Part shown: piece by piece, positions 62,248 through 64,000 of the stretch
Position numbering within the stretch: position 1 is the first letter of the stretch
Layout: every line of letters starts with the position of its first letter
Assembly (NCBI RefSeq): GCF_009914755.1
Contig: NC_060938.1
Length of the DNA: 64,000 nucleotides
Reading direction: 5' to 3' (one strand)
Source: the human T2T-CHM13v2.0 reference genome, Homo sapiens
Made by a program: the position numbers and the translations under genes
Notes under the pieces: model-generated
Told to the model about the DNA's origin: nothing
Seen by the model: the letters and a program-made list of their open reading frames with translations, nothing else
The model's database searches: none

Positions 62248-64000
62248 ACCCCCACACCAATGCATGTCTTTTGAGTTGCTTAGAGCTCAATATTGCATAA
62301 GTGGACTATAGCAGTTTACTTTATTGACTTATAAAACATAATTAATAAAATAATTAAATGTATTCCCTGTATAATTCAAAACCTCAGGAGTTATCATAAT
62401 AGTTTCAATCTCTTTTTCTATCATACCTCTTATGAGAAACTAGAAAATAAATTACCACTTTGAGTTTCAGTTTGTGTTTATTTTCTTGCCATGAAGAGTA
62501 TGATGATAAAAAAACATAAAATGAAGTGGCCCAGAGGCAGGCAACCAGAAGGTGAGGAACAAAACCAAAAGTAATAGATTATTAGATGCCAGTAACTAAG
62601 ATTCTAAATTATTACTCTTACGAATATAGTGTGGGTTGCTTTAACTATTTCGTTATAATGTTTATGTCTGCACCCATTTCTCATTTCTTTTTCCTAGTGT
62701 GCAAAGTTAATTTAAAGTGTTAGTACAAATTGAGGAAGGGAAGTCTCTCCAGATTTCATTAGAGGATAGACTGAATAAGAACATGTCCTACCCGCAAGGA
62801 CAAAGGAGAAGAAAATATATTCTTGACTGTTTCAGACCACTTCAGATAAGGAGGAGACAATTTAAAAAATTAATTTAAAAAAACACATTAGGATCAAATA
62901 ACCCCTCCAAAGAAAGGTGTTCTATGGATGAGAAATGTAATTACTGCTGTAAAAATGTAGGGAATTTTGCACGTTTAATATAGTTTGTCTCCTATTAGAA
63001 GCACTAGTTGGCATTTTTCAGTATTAGGGTTGTGGCTTGCCAGGCCCACCCTCCTGCTGTGTTTGTTTCAGGGAATAGAACTTACCCAGTCGCAGGTTTC
63101 AGAAGAGCTGAGGTAACCTCCTTCAATGTGACACAAGTACTGTTTATGTTGGAGACAAATCCCAGAAACTCAAGGTAACAACGTACACAGAGTGAGAGAG
63201 TATATGCAAGAGATTTTTATTTGGCATTTTTACTGCTAACAGTCTACAGAAGTTTTAGTATTTAGTGCCAGTTCAGGCTTAAGGGGTAGTTTCTATTTCT
63301 GTGTGATTTTGAAAGGTTTAAAGAATCAGCAAATTATTATATAATAGATAATAAAGAATAAAGATTCTGGCTTCTATGGAAGCTTGCAAAGATATGAGGG
63401 AGGGCAAACAACTGCTTCTACGTGTTTTGTTTTGTTTTAAGAACTCAAAAAAGCATGGTAGGTTCTTTGAGCAAGGCCTTAGTTGTCAAAAGTTTCTGAA
63501 GCCCTCAAACCAATAAATAGTATTATTACTAATTAAAAGAGCAGATAAACTGAGAAACAAAGCACTTAGACCTAGGGTGACATGGTGAGACCAAAACTGA
63601 ATTCTGTGTCTTAAAATTCAGTTATCTAATCTCCCCACTTCATTGCATATTCTACTAGCAGTCATTCAGTAAAGTACCTTTCATCACTGCAGGAGTCTCT
63701 CTGAACACAGTGGCTTTGGAATAGGGTTATCTCCAGACATTGTTGACATCATGTCTCTGCTCACATACCAATTGAGTGAATATTGGCCCACATGATTCTT
63801 GTAAGTGGATTACAAGAAATCCACGATAGACTTCATTCACTTTTGATGAAACCAAGAACTTTCCCTCTTGAGCTACCTAATGAGATACTGTTATTTGTTT
63901 ATTATGCAGGGTACAGGTTGGGGCTTGTTAGCTCTCTGAATTCTTAAGCACTCAACTGAGGAAATCAAATGCATGATTTTACTATGCCTGCACAGGAGTT

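Overview
Primate (human-like) AT-rich non-coding DNA, most likely a large intron of a gene transcribed on the + strand. That orientation is inferred from the antisense bias of the L1s and LTRs; the host gene was not identified. More than half of the window appears to be interspersed repeat. It holds about 20 Alu/FLAM elements and four major L1s: a twin-primed 5'-inverted L1PA at 7.3-8.5 kb, an old fragmented L1M at 19.9-24.9 kb, a near-full-length L1PA13-16-type element at 28.3-35.1 kb, and a 5'-truncated young L1PA at 49.8-52.8 kb with an open RT frame. It also holds a complete THE1C-type provirus, solo THE1/MST/MLT2A1/LTR1/MER21 LTRs, MER20, L2/MIR/L3 relics and several tandem repeats. No host protein-coding gene, RNA gene or CRISPR array is supported. 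The recognisable ORF-track hits are Alu, L1 or LTR translations, and the rest look like chance ORFs. I found no evidence for a new biological system. The most interesting signals are DNA-repair and retrotransposition scars, repeated insertion at the same sites, and a few candidate regulatory or cryptic-exon sequences. The best scar is a deletion at 31.1-31.4 kb filled with templated direct and inverted copies of both breakpoints. Subfamily names were assigned by eye from remembered consensus sequences and need RepeatMasker/Dfam confirmation.
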